Shown here: piece after piece, positions 36,724 to 46,279 of the stretch
Numbering within the stretch: position 1 is the stretch's first letter
Layout: each line of letters opens with the position of its first letter
Assembly (NCBI GenBank): GCA_963662655.2
Contig: CAXXTU010000002.1
Location: 2,912,001-2,976,000, forward strand
DNA from: Candidatus Cloacimonadales bacterium
Lineage (GTDB): Bacteria > Cloacimonadota > Cloacimonadia > Cloacimonadales > JAIOQZ01
Direction: 5' to 3'
DNA length: 64,000 nucleotides
Notes under the pieces: generated by a model
Database searches by the model: none
What the model was told of the DNA's origin: nothing
The model's input: the letters and a program-made list of their open reading frames with translations, nothing else
Position numbers and translations under genes: made by a program

Positions 36724-37821
36724 CTATGTTTCCTTCGGCATGAATTTCAGTTCGTAATCCGGGTCTCGCAACAGCGTGCTGATTGATTCAGGATAATCGT
36801 CGATAAGCCAGCTAAAGAATGGAACCGGATTATATCTTTTATTCAGCAATTCTCGAGCCCGTTGTTGATAAACTTCCTTGGGCAGAGATAAAACTTCGTC
36901 GATCTTTCTGTCCATAAGCTCGTGATCGTAGTTCTTGATTCCGTGAATCAGATTGAAGGTGTTTTCGAGGTCGTTCAGGTAGCCTCTTTCACCCACGAAG
37001 TATCCTGTGTAAACAGCGGGAGTTCCCAGTATGCCGGATTCGGACATGATCGTCGCGCTATCTCCGATGACGATTCTGGCAAAGGCCAGGGCATGATGCA
37101 TCTGCGTGGGGTGAAGAGGAAATCTGTATTTCTCGAGGTCGGAAGGAATCTTCCGTTCGGCGGAGATATAACATGTAAGGTTCTCGCTGTGTTTCTTAAT
37201 CAATCGTCTTACGAAGTCGTCCGTCATCCCCCTCGAACCGAAATCATGATGTGCGTTGAGCGCGGCGAGACGGATGATCATATAGGGTTGTTTCAACTTC
37301 CTAACTACCTCAGGGTCCGGCGTGAAGTAATCGGGATGTAAATAGGCAAGCTCCTGATAGCTCGAATATTGTATCGTATGCTTGGTGAACGAGCCGACAA
37401 GGCACGATCTGGGGCATACAAGCGCTTTGGCGAAGGGTTCGACGATTCGGATCACCTTGTGAATGCGGGGGAAGTCGTCCTCGGTCAGATACAGTGTGGG
37501 GATTCCAAGGAAAAACCCCGCGTGAGCAGCCGAGAATGTGGTTGTGAGCATGATGTCCGGTTTGAAATCCCGGCAGATGCCAATCATTCTCATGTCATTG
37601 ACAAGAAGCCAGCTCAGGTCTGCAAATGTTCCTTTCTTCTTTTCTCGAGAGGACTTTTCGTAGACTTTGTAGCGATTCTTGATTTCTTCGACAAGATCGA
37701 AAAGGACGTCTTTGTATTTAATGGCGAAAGCGATTTTGTCCCCTCGCGAGGCGCGTTCATTTGCCAGTTCTTTCATCAGGTGATAATGAGCCGGATGGCT
37801 CAGGTCAAAAAGGATTCTCAT
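36724..37821 (-). CDS. DUF354-family putative glycosyltransferase
   Basis: MRILFDLSHPAHYH, YQELAYLHP..F.PD and GDSATIMSESGILGTP motifs. Confidence 0.8.
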   Translation of the reverse strand: MRILFDLSHPAHYHLMKELANERASRGDKIAFAIKYKDVLFDLVEEIKNRYKVYEKSSREKKKGTFADLSWLLVNDMRMIGICRDFKPDIMLTTTFSAAHAGFFLGIPTLYLTEDDFPRIHKVIRIVEPFAKALVCPRSCLVGSFTKHTIQYSSYQELAYLHPDYFTPDPEVVRKLKQPYMIIRLAALNAHHDFGSRGMTDDFVRRLIKKHSENLTCYISAERKIPSDLEKYRFPLHPTQMHHALAFARIVIGDSATIMSESGILGTPAVYTGYFVGERGYLNDLENTFNLIHGIKNYDHELMDRKIDEVLSLPKEVYQQRARELLNKRYNPVPFFSWLIDDYPESISTLLRDPDYELKFMPKET

Positions 37822-37873
37822 TCTATACTCCAGAGAAGCAAGCCGTATGAATTTCTGCGACAGTGAATGTTTT

Positions 37874-39232
37874 TCATGAATACAGGTTCAATGGTATGCT
37901 GCTGTCCCGTAGCAGGAAACGCCGTTTTCCGTTCTTTGGATTCGGCGGAATCTCATCAACGATTTGCAGCTCGATTTTTACGTCGTTACCAATGTATTCG
38001 TACCAGTATTTGAGGATTGCTTTTTCCGTATCGTTATTGAAGTTATCGTTGATAACGATCTTGATGATAATGTGATCTGGATCTTTCTGGTAGACCTGGA
38101 ACGCGTTGACCTCTTCCAGATACTCGAAATATCCAGTAAAATTATGAACGATGAGATATTTCCCGGATGGCGTGATCAGGATATCGTTATCCCTTCCAAG
38201 AATCCTGCTGAATGCAGGGAGATTTCTTCCGCAACTGCAAGGCTTCTCCGAGCGAACAAGAATGTCCTGGGTATCGTATCGCAAGAAGGGGGTCGCGTAA
38301 TTGAAAAGATCGGTGGTATACAGTCGACCCTTTTCTCCCGGAGCCACTTCTTCTCCGTCGGAAAGGACTTCCGTTATCGCGTATTCTGAGGCGGCATGGT
38401 AGCACTCGTGGGTTGGGCATTCAGCGATGTTGGGCGTTCCTTCGCAACTGTAGGAATCGAAGATGATGCTGTGAAATTGCTCTTGGATCAAAGCCCTTGC
38501 CTCGGGAAAGAGGATGTTTCCCGTGGTTGCGATAATGGGGACCTGAACGTCGTCAATTCCGTTTTGCTGAATGTATTTAGCGAGGAAAAGCAATGGGTCG
38601 GGATACCCTCTCAAGATTTTGGGCCTGAACTCTCTGATTTCCGAAACCAGTTTCTTGAAATTCTCCTCAATCAATTGCTGAGAGAACAGGTATTTGCAAT
38701 TGTTCATCCAGTCCTGGATTCTTTTCAATTTGCTGTTTCTGGGATTCTGGCTCAATTTGACGTATTTGTCGCCGAGTCGGTACCCCATCCAGTACCAGCC
38801 TCTGATTGCTGTTGCGTAGCGCATGCTGAAGGCGTTGTTTGAGATGTAAAATCCCAGGGGTTCTCCGGTCGATCCGCTTGAATATAATGTGGATCTGTTC
38901 TTGGGGGAAATGTTTCGGGCCACCAGTGAATCGTTGTGGTGCTTCTTGATCGTTGATTTCTTCAAAATGGGTATTTTGCGCAGATCCTCTTTCGTACGAA
39001 TGTCGGAGGGTTTGAGCTTGTTTTCTTTGAAAAGATTGTTGTAGTAGGGGACATTCTCGTAAGCGTGTTCGACGAGTAGCCTCAGTTTCCGTTCCTGATA
39101 CTCTCGTATCCGGTCACTCGTCCACCATTGGCTTTCCAGCAACATCTTGAGGTCGCTGCTGGTGTTATGCCCCGTAATCATGTCACTGATTGGCAACAAG
39201 ATTTTCTCATTGAAAAAATGTGCGATCATCAT
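37874..39232 (-). CDS. Phenylacetate-CoA ligase-family / CapK-like adenylate-forming enzyme
   Basis: HAYENVPYY, SSGSTGEP, GYP, YSCEG, TDLFNYATPFLRYDTQD, GRDND and NGKRRF motifs. Confidence 0.85.
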   Translation of the reverse strand: MMIAHFFNEKILLPISDMITGHNTSSDLKMLLESQWWTSDRIREYQERKLRLLVEHAYENVPYYNNLFKENKLKPSDIRTKEDLRKIPILKKSTIKKHHNDSLVARNISPKNRSTLYSSGSTGEPLGFYISNNAFSMRYATAIRGWYWMGYRLGDKYVKLSQNPRNSKLKRIQDWMNNCKYLFSQQLIEENFKKLVSEIREFRPKILRGYPDPLLFLAKYIQQNGIDDVQVPIIATTGNILFPEARALIQEQFHSIIFDSYSCEGTPNIAECPTHECYHAASEYAITEVLSDGEEVAPGEKGRLYTTDLFNYATPFLRYDTQDILVRSEKPCSCGRNLPAFSRILGRDNDILITPSGKYLIVHNFTGYFEYLEEVNAFQVYQKDPDHIIIKIVINDNFNNDTEKAILKYWYEYIGNDVKIELQIVDEIPPNPKNGKRRFLLRDSSIPLNLYS

Positions 39233-39261
39233 ACTTTCTCCACAAGTGCCACAAGTCTATG

Positions 39262-40338
39262 TCATGCTTTGCTTGAATGACGGTACCATTCGAATATCGC
39301 TTCCCAATTCTTTGCGGCTGCTTCAAATGATCGTGTAGTACGAACCTCAAAGCCGTTCTGAACGAGCTTGTTCCTGAATGAAGCGTCCGTCATCAGCTTC
39401 TTGATATATTGTGCAAGGCTTTCATCATCGTCAGGGTCATCGAGCATCATCCCGTTGTGCTCGTGAATGATGAGATCGGCAATGTCTCCAACCGGCGTAA
39501 CGATGGATGCCACGCCGCTGGCCATCGCCTCCAGCAGTGAAACCGGAAATCCCTCTCCACGAGACGGCAGGCAGAATATCTTCGCTCGATTGTTCAGTTC
39601 TGCGATTTTCTCATGAGAGCAATGTCCCAGAAACTCGATCTGATCCTCAATATCGAGTTCTTTCACGCAAGCCCTGTATTTTGATTCCGATGGACCCGCC
39701 CCCGCGATGGTCAGACCGACACGAAGTCCTTCCTTTTTCAGGCGGTGTATCGCCCTGAAAAGGCAATAGGTATTCTTGTTCTCATCCATTCGGGCGACAT
39801 TCAGAACATCGATGTCACGATCGAGTTCTCTTGGCTTGTATTTGTCGATATTGATGACGTTGTTGTATATCTTGATCCGGTCATCGTTTATATTGAGCTG
39901 TTTCAGAAAGTTTTTCGACTTGATTCCGGTTACGAGAAAAAGTGCGTCGGATTTTAAAATGCCCTGCGTGATCTTCTTGAATATTCCCTTGCAAACGGTG
40001 AATTCTCGCAGCCCCGCCACTGTGTTGAGGATGAATTTCTTGTTGAAGAGCCTGGATAAGAAATACCCGATGTATCCATGAGGATGAAGGTGGATGGCGA
40101 AAATGTAATCGATGCGTTTGCTCGTGAGAACAATCATGCCGTCGAGGAGCCTTCTGATGTGTGGCGAGGGAATCCAGGCAGTCAGGGGGAAGCGCACGTT
40201 CACAATTTTAGCGGATGTGGGCGGGTAGGGGAACTCGCGTAACAAGTAAATCTTGTCAACATCATCCAACATGGCAAGAGGCTCGATTCGACCGCCTAAA
40301 TTTGAATTCGGCATTTTTGCGACAACCAATATGTTCAC
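39262..40338 (-). CDS. Glycosyltransferase family 4
   Basis: VARMDENKN, IAGAGP and LPSRGEGFPVSLLEAMASG (ExxxxxxxE) motifs. Confidence 0.9.
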   Translation of the reverse strand: MNILVVAKMPNSNLGGRIEPLAMLDDVDKIYLLREFPYPPTSAKIVNVRFPLTAWIPSPHIRRLLDGMIVLTSKRIDYIFAIHLHPHGYIGYFLSRLFNKKFILNTVAGLREFTVCKGIFKKITQGILKSDALFLVTGIKSKNFLKQLNINDDRIKIYNNVINIDKYKPRELDRDIDVLNVARMDENKNTYCLFRAIHRLKKEGLRVGLTIAGAGPSESKYRACVKELDIEDQIEFLGHCSHEKIAELNNRAKIFCLPSRGEGFPVSLLEAMASGVASIVTPVGDIADLIIHEHNGMMLDDPDDDESLAQYIKKLMTDASFRNKLVQNGFEVRTTRSFEAAAKNWEAIFEWYRHSSKA

Positions 40339-41381
40339 TTCGATAATCCTTTTTTCAATTTCCCTGAGAATCGACTCAAGAAAAGCTTTCGCGCTCTGGG
40401 AGACATTTTGGGAACCTCCCTCAAATTATGCATCAGCATTCGAGCTCGACTTAAAGATCGTATTTTTTTTACTTCTCGGGCATAGTTCACGGCGTTGCCA
40501 ATTTTACCGGATGCCTGTTTGAGCAAGCGATCGAATTTCTTCTGCGAATACGGCACGAAGAGGTTTTCCCGGTTGCGGTAGACCGGCTCGGAAGAATACT
40601 GGACGGGCTTTCCTTTGATAAAAGTCAGCTTTGCAACCATACCCAGCATTATGAATTCCGACCATGCGCTATCGAACATGAAATTGCCCAGATTGTAGAA
40701 GATGACGCCGTTCTTGTATCGCTCAACCGGCTGAATCCGGTGAGCATGATGACCGATAATCACATCTGCACCGGCATCGATCAAGCTTCTTGCAAAGGAT
40801 ACCTGTTCGTTTGAGGGATACGTGAGATACTCATGTCCCCAATGCAAAGATATCATGCGAAAATCGCAGCCTTGCATCCCCCCGAGAGCTTCGTCAATAT
40901 TGTTTTTGTTCAATACGGCATAGGTATTGGGTTCTTGAATATCATGGACTCCGTTAAAGCCGGCCAGCCCGATTCGCATGCCTTCTTTTTCGAGGATCAC
41001 AACGTTGCTTGTCCCACGATCTTCATAGCCAAAGGGAATGATCTCATGATCCCGAATTGCTTGAATCGTTTTGCTGAAACCGTTGATCCCATGTTCCAGA
41101 ATGTGATTGTTGGCAATGTTCAGAACGTTGAAGCCAGCCTCCCTCAGGAATCGAAGGAAATCGGCGCATCCCAGGAAAATCTCACGGGACGACGCTGCCT
41201 CATCGTGCGAGATAGGAGATTCAAGGTTGCCGATGACAAAATCGTCACCCTTGAACATCTCTTTCAGCGGTTTCTCCCATACGGTTCCCCGGTGTGAGAG
41301 AAACTGTGTCGCAAGCCCTTTATCGTTGCGATATAACATGTTGGCGGGAAAAATGTCGCCAACGAAGGATAGTCTGATCAT
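40335..41381 (-). CDS. CapA/PGA_cap-family metallophosphoesterase-like protein
   Basis: FVGD, GNLESP, LNIANNHILEHG, SLHWGHEY, IIGHHAH and YNLGNF motifs. Confidence 0.88.
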   Translation of the reverse strand: MIRLSFVGDIFPANMLYRNDKGLATQFLSHRGTVWEKPLKEMFKGDDFVIGNLESPISHDEAASSREIFLGCADFLRFLREAGFNVLNIANNHILEHGINGFSKTIQAIRDHEIIPFGYEDRGTSNVVILEKEGMRIGLAGFNGVHDIQEPNTYAVLNKNNIDEALGGMQGCDFRMISLHWGHEYLTYPSNEQVSFARSLIDAGADVIIGHHAHRIQPVERYKNGVIFYNLGNFMFDSAWSEFIMLGMVAKLTFIKGKPVQYSSEPVYRNRENLFVPYSQKKFDRLLKQASGKIGNAVNYAREVKKIRSLSRARMLMHNLREVPKMSPRARKLFLSRFSGKLKKGLSK

Positions 41382-41402
41382 TCCTGATTTCTGCCTGGGA
41401 AT

Positions 41403-42335
41403 CTATTGGTCAAATGTCTCGATCAATTTGCGCAAGCCATCCTCAAATGTCGTTTTCACCTTGAAGTTGAGAATCTTCTCGGCTTTTTCGATGGAAGCGA
41501 GAGAGTGCTTCACGTCACCGGGGCGGTCCTCGGCAAACGTGGGCTGAACATCGGTTCCGAGGATTTTATTGATGAGATTGACGAGGTCAATCAGCGTATA
41601 GCGTTCATTGCAGGCAATGTTGAACACCTCGCCAGCGGCGCCTTTCGCTTCGCACGCGAGGAGGTTTGCCCGGACGTTGTTCTCGATATATGTGAAATCG
41701 CGGGATTGCAGTCCGTCGCCGTAAATCACGGGAGAAATCCCCTGTTTGATCAGGCTGATGAATTTCGGTATGACAGCGCTGTACTGCGAACTTGGATCCT
41801 GGTTGGGCCCAAACACGTTGAAATACCGGAGGGATACAGTCTCGAGGCCGTAAATCTGGTAAAACACCTGGCAGTAGCGTTCGCCGGCATACTTTGTTAC
41901 AGCGTATGGAGACATCGGGGAAACGGGCATGGTTTCAACTTTCGGGAGTGTTTCGCTATTGCCGTAGACCGATGAAGAAGAGGCGAACACGACACGCTTT
42001 ACGCCGAATTCCTTCGCCGCTTCGAGGACGTTCAATGTCCCGGAGATGTTCACTTCATTCGATGTGATCGGATCATTAACGGATCTTGGCACAGACGGTA
42101 AAGCTCCCTGATGGAGAATGAAATCGACCCCTTTCACTGCGTCGCGAACAATGTGAAAGCTTCTGAGGTCGCCCTCGAAAAGTTCAAACTTCTCATTTCC
42201 ACGAAATGGATAGAGGTTTTCTCTTTTTCCGGTTGAAAAATTATCGAGAACTCTTGCCGTGTGGCCATTATCAAGAACTTCTTTGACAATATTGGAGCCG
42301 ATGAAACCAGCTCCGCCAGTGATCAAATATTTCAT
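41403..42335 (-). CDS. NAD-dependent nucleotide-sugar epimerase (WbpP/TviC-like UDP-GlcNAc(A) 4-epimerase)
   Basis: GGAGFIGS, HQGALPSVPRS, ASSSSVYG, SPYAVTK and LRYFNVFGP.QDP.SQYSAVIP motifs. Confidence 0.88.
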   Translation of the reverse strand: MKYLITGGAGFIGSNIVKEVLDNGHTARVLDNFSTGKRENLYPFRGNEKFELFEGDLRSFHIVRDAVKGVDFILHQGALPSVPRSVNDPITSNEVNISGTLNVLEAAKEFGVKRVVFASSSSVYGNSETLPKVETMPVSPMSPYAVTKYAGERYCQVFYQIYGLETVSLRYFNVFGPNQDPSSQYSAVIPKFISLIKQGISPVIYGDGLQSRDFTYIENNVRANLLACEAKGAAGEVFNIACNERYTLIDLVNLINKILGTDVQPTFAEDRPGDVKHSLASIEKAEKILNFKVKTTFEDGLRKLIETFDQ

Positions 42336-42477
42336 AATCAACTCCCTGGGATATATAATGACTTAGTTTTTAATAAATCATGAAACAGCTTGCTTTTTAT
42401 CTTGTCAAGACCTTTCTCGACTCACTGTTCAGTTGATTTCGTTATAAATCGCGGTTTGCTCGGTCGAGGAAATACAG

Positions 42478-43623
42478 TTAGCGTTTATCGTTTGCAAAGC
42501 GCTTGGCTAACTTTTCGTAGTTGCCAATCATGATGTCTATCGTGAAATTATTTTTGATAATCAATTTCGATGCTTTGCTTTTGCGTTCCCTCAATTGCTC
42601 ATCGGCCAGTAACTCAATGATTGCATTTGACAAAGCTTCCGAATCCTGATACGAATATAATCGCCCGTTATCCTCCGACACAATTTCGCTTGTGCCGCCA
42701 GTGTCGGATGCAATTACGGGTAAATCCTGGGCCATGGCTTCAAGGATTGAGTTGGAAAGTCCCTCGCTCTGGGACGAATGGATATAGATGTCGGAGATGG
42801 ACAGGTATTTCTTCACATTCATCTCTCTTCCGAGGAAAATGATGCGATCATCCGCGTGCAGCGATTTCGCGAGGTTTTCCATGTCTGCCTTTGTCGGTCC
42901 ATCGCCGATGAACAGCATTTTGAACGGTATCGATTTCGGGATTCTTTGTATGGCTCTTATGATTGTAGCGTGGTCTTTCACCGGCCTGAAGTTCCCGATA
43001 AATATACAGGTATACTCCCCTTTCTTTATTCCCAAGCTGGCTCTCAGCTTGACCTTCTCTTCTTCGGGAGCTAGTTGGAGGAAATCCTCGTCTATGCCAT
43101 TATAGAGCACGTAACCATTTTTGACATTGAAGCTTTTAAGGCCATATCGTGAATTGCCAAGAGTGTAATTGGAGAGTTTGAAAGACAACTTGTTTCGCAA
43201 CAGGATATAAGGCGAATGCCTGTGTTGATCGGCTGTTCCGCGTATTGAGCCGACGACGTGAATGAACTTGAGTCCCGGACAGGCCAGAATTGTCGCTGCG
43301 GCCTCAACATACCCCCACGTCCAGACGATGTCGGGTTTCCAGTCTCTGATGGCTTTTCGATACTTCTTCCACCAGCGAACTCCATATTGATTGCCCATGT
43401 AGCCGAGGATTTTGTCGTTAATGTCGTATTCGTCAATATAGGAGTTGTCCGGGTCTTTGGGACGGAATACGAGCGCTTTGCTTATGACGACGGAGGGATC
43501 CGAGTATTTCAGAATGTACGCGAGTTGCCGCTCCCTGCCTCCGCGACCGAGGGAACTCATTACATGCAAGACACGTAAGGGTCTTTTGGCTACTTGTTCT
43601 ATCGTTGCTGTGTTGTTCGACAC
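42478..43623 (-). CDS. Glycosyltransferase family 4
   Basis: SLGRGGRERQL, GNFRPVKDH, IGDGP and SEGLSNSILEAMA motifs; GTG start. Confidence 0.88.
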   Translation of the reverse strand: MSNNTATIEQVAKRPLRVLHVMSSLGRGGRERQLAYILKYSDPSVVISKALVFRPKDPDNSYIDEYDINDKILGYMGNQYGVRWWKKYRKAIRDWKPDIVWTWGYVEAAATILACPGLKFIHVVGSIRGTADQHRHSPYILLRNKLSFKLSNYTLGNSRYGLKSFNVKNGYVLYNGIDEDFLQLAPEEEKVKLRASLGIKKGEYTCIFIGNFRPVKDHATIIRAIQRIPKSIPFKMLFIGDGPTKADMENLAKSLHADDRIIFLGREMNVKKYLSISDIYIHSSQSEGLSNSILEAMAQDLPVIASDTGGTSEIVSEDNGRLYSYQDSEALSNAIIELLADEQLRERKSKASKLIIKNNFTIDIMIGNYEKLAKRFANDKR

Positions 43624-43913
43624 CAGTGTAATCCTTTGTTTGTGATCACGTTGATAGCTTCCCGGCTATCAATGCACGTTTCTTCATCGATTCCAAGTGT
43701 TTTTCTGTCAAGGATTTTGAAACGTTGACCGGAGAGGGTAGCTTGAGCGGATCGGGAATGCGGTTTCGCTGTTTTTTCTTGACGAAAAGCGCTCGGGCCG
43801 CGATGGAGTTAATGTAATTCATGGATTTGCGTCCATGTTCTTCAACCATTTCCACCTTGAAACGTAATGAAATCGTATTGATCGTGGAACATCGAATTGA
43901 AAGGAATGAATGC

Positions 43914-44978
43914 ATGAAAAATCATATCACGTTCGGGAAGTCTTCGGAGAATCTCGACGATTTCATCCACAGCATACGCATTTTGCGCGACGAAGCGCTG
44001 ATTCTGGATCAGACGCTATTGCCTCATCTAGAAGAGGTGCTGGTCATACGAGATTACCGGCAATGCGTGGAGGCGATCAAGAAGCTCCGTATTCGTGGCG
44101 CTCCGGCGATCGGCATTGCGGCAGCAGCGGCGGCATATCTGGCGATTCTGGAATTCCAGGAGAAGAACGACTTCTCTAATAACCTCGAAAGAGCGCTGAA
44201 TGAGATCGAAGCGAGCAGGCCTACGGCTGTAAACCTTTTCAAGGCGACTTCCGAAATTCGGAGTATTATTGATAGCTCGGGGCAAGACGAGCTCGCAACA
44301 AAGATTTACGATTACTCGCAAGATTTGATACGATACGAAACGGATGCGTGTATCCGGATGGGTGAGAACGGCGCTCGGGAGATCCGGGGCGAGCGTCTCG
44401 GGATTCTCTCGCACTGCAATACAGGAGCGTTGGCGACGGTAGGAATCGGGACCGCGCTGGGTGTGATTCGCACCATCGCGAAGGACCGTCCCGTCCATGT
44501 TTTCGTGGATGAAACCCGTCCACTGCTTCAGGGAGCCAGGCTCACGGCGTGGGAATTGATGCGCTCTGGGATTCCATGTTCTCTGATCACCGACAGCATG
44601 GCGGCAACCGTCATGCGTTCCGGATGGGCGGATTGCGTTATCACCGGAGCGGACCGGATCGCGGCTAACGGCGATTCCGCCAACAAGATCGGCACGCTCG
44701 GGCTTTCGGTTCTGGCGAAGCATTTCGGGATACCATTCTATATCGTCGCGCCGGAATCGACCATCGATCGTTCCATCGAGACCGGTATGCAGATCAATAT
44801 CGAAGAACGCAGCGCCGACGAGGTTGCGAGTTTCCGCGGTGTACGAACCGCACCGCAAGATTGCCGCGTATACAATCCCGCTTTCGATGTAGCGCCGAAT
44901 GAGCTGATCACGTCGATAATAACAGAAGTGAAGGCATACCATAAACCATACGATTTCAGTGATATCACCGGGAGTTGA
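43914..44978 (+). CDS. mtnA: S-methyl-5-thioribose-1-phosphate isomerase
   Basis: LDQTLLP, IRGAPAIG, SRPTAVNL, HCNTGALAT, DETRPLLQGARLTAWEL, GADRIAANGD.ANKIGT and NPAFDV motifs; start moved to ATG 43914. Confidence 0.94.
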   Translation: MKNHITFGKSSENLDDFIHSIRILRDEALILDQTLLPHLEEVLVIRDYRQCVEAIKKLRIRGAPAIGIAAAAAAYLAILEFQEKNDFSNNLERALNEIEASRPTAVNLFKATSEIRSIIDSSGQDELATKIYDYSQDLIRYETDACIRMGENGAREIRGERLGILSHCNTGALATVGIGTALGVIRTIAKDRPVHVFVDETRPLLQGARLTAWELMRSGIPCSLITDSMAATVMRSGWADCVITGADRIAANGDSANKIGTLGLSVLAKHFGIPFYIVAPESTIDRSIETGMQINIEERSADEVASFRGVRTAPQDCRVYNPAFDVAPNELITSIITEVKAYHKPYDFSDITGS

Positions 44979-46279
44979 CGTTGCGGAAATTCCTGATTTG
45001 CATCGGGATTTTAAGCGTTCTACAAACGCTATCGTGCATCGAGGGGGTCGCGCCTCCGTTTCAGTACGATGAACTGTACGGGAAACGGCTTTCGGTTCTC
45101 GACCTTTTCCACTCGGAGGATATCAATCAGCATCGGCCTTTGAAAATCATCGCATCGAACGCGTATCATCGCGAGTACTGGCAGTCCGCGATCGATTGCC
45201 AGAATCCGGATGTCGCTTTGTCGGTCGAGGCGAAATATCTTGAAGGCTTGAGGTACGTGCATACCATGTTCTCATGCCGACACAGCCAGTTTGAATATCG
45301 AAAAGAGGACTGGAGTCACAAGCCCGATTTACAGGATATAAGCGCAAAGATTAACGTGCCCTCCGCGATCGGGAAAACCATCGCGCACCTGCGATATGTG
45401 GATTGTGAAGAACATTTCATGACGGGAATGTTGACGCATCTTGTACCGATCGGCGATTTTGGATTGCAAGTATATTGGGAAGGTTTCGAGTCCACCCACG
45501 ACATGATGAACGGCGGATTGTCCGGTCTGTATGGATCGGATAGGTTCCGTGTGCAGTTGGGTGCAAGGTTTGATTCCGATGATAAAGCCTCTCCCTGGGC
45601 CGGTTTCTTGTGGCACTGGAAGAGGAAGTTCCTGATACGCGGAGCGTACGAGGAGAAGATCGAGGTTCATCCGTACAGGAAATGGTATGAAACGACCGCC
45701 ATGCATTGGAGGAATCGGGATGTTCACGAAGATATGGACTTCGCGATTTTCTCGAGAGAATTGACGCTGGGCTTGGAGCTCAAGATTGGCTGCATGAAGC
45801 AGGAATTCGACTGGCAATTGATCCATGGCGATAAGCATTATGTGGTCGACTGGCAGAACGACGAATACGAGTACATCGTCGAGGATGAGTCGTTGCACGC
45901 AAGCCGCTTGCATTACCGGCTTGCGTGCAGTGTCATCAGCTTCGAGTATCAATGGCGAGACGAGAATCGACTGGACTTCGAGCCGGCCCACGAAGCAGAG
46001 ATTTCATGGCAGCAGTTGGCGCTCCCGTTTCTGTACACGGGGGCTTCTGTAGGCTATCTGCATGACATACATGTGGTCGGAGACGATTATAAACAGTGGA
46101 ACTACGGGGGGGCCATTTCATATCGGGGTGTGCAGAACTGGATGTTTACCATAAGAGGTAGAATGACGGACGACACGATGCCCGATGGCCTATGGAGCGA
46201 TCGTTACCAGATCATGCTTCAGATTGGATATCGCCAGGGTGAATATGAAACCTTACCGAAAGGACGAATAAATGAGTAA
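44975..46279 (+). CDS. Hypothetical exported protein, possibly an outer-membrane beta-barrel
   Basis: Overlaps the mtnA stop and the next start (operon-like); N-terminal signal-like segment; aromatic-rich alternating strands. Confidence 0.55.
   Translation: MTLRKFLICIGILSVLQTLSCIEGVAPPFQYDELYGKRLSVLDLFHSEDINQHRPLKIIASNAYHREYWQSAIDCQNPDVALSVEAKYLEGLRYVHTMFSCRHSQFEYRKEDWSHKPDLQDISAKINVPSAIGKTIAHLRYVDCEEHFMTGMLTHLVPIGDFGLQVYWEGFESTHDMMNGGLSGLYGSDRFRVQLGARFDSDDKASPWAGFLWHWKRKFLIRGAYEEKIEVHPYRKWYETTAMHWRNRDVHEDMDFAIFSRELTLGLELKIGCMKQEFDWQLIHGDKHYVVDWQNDEYEYIVEDESLHASRLHYRLACSVISFEYQWRDENRLDFEPAHEAEISWQQLALPFLYTGASVGYLHDIHVVGDDYKQWNYGGAISYRGVQNWMFTIRGRMTDDTMPDGLWSDRYQIMLQIGYRQGEYETLPKGRINE

Noticed and set aside
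40335..41381. Poly-gamma-glutamate capsule synthesis locus
   Set aside because: Only a CapA-like gene is present, with no capB/capC, and the context is sugar-nucleotide and glycosyltransferase genes.
43646..43915. 89-aa ORF and hairpin ttgatagc/gctatcaa in the divergent region between GT4 and mtnA
   Set aside because: The ORF has no recognisable features, and the single short hairpin is too weak to call a regulatory element.
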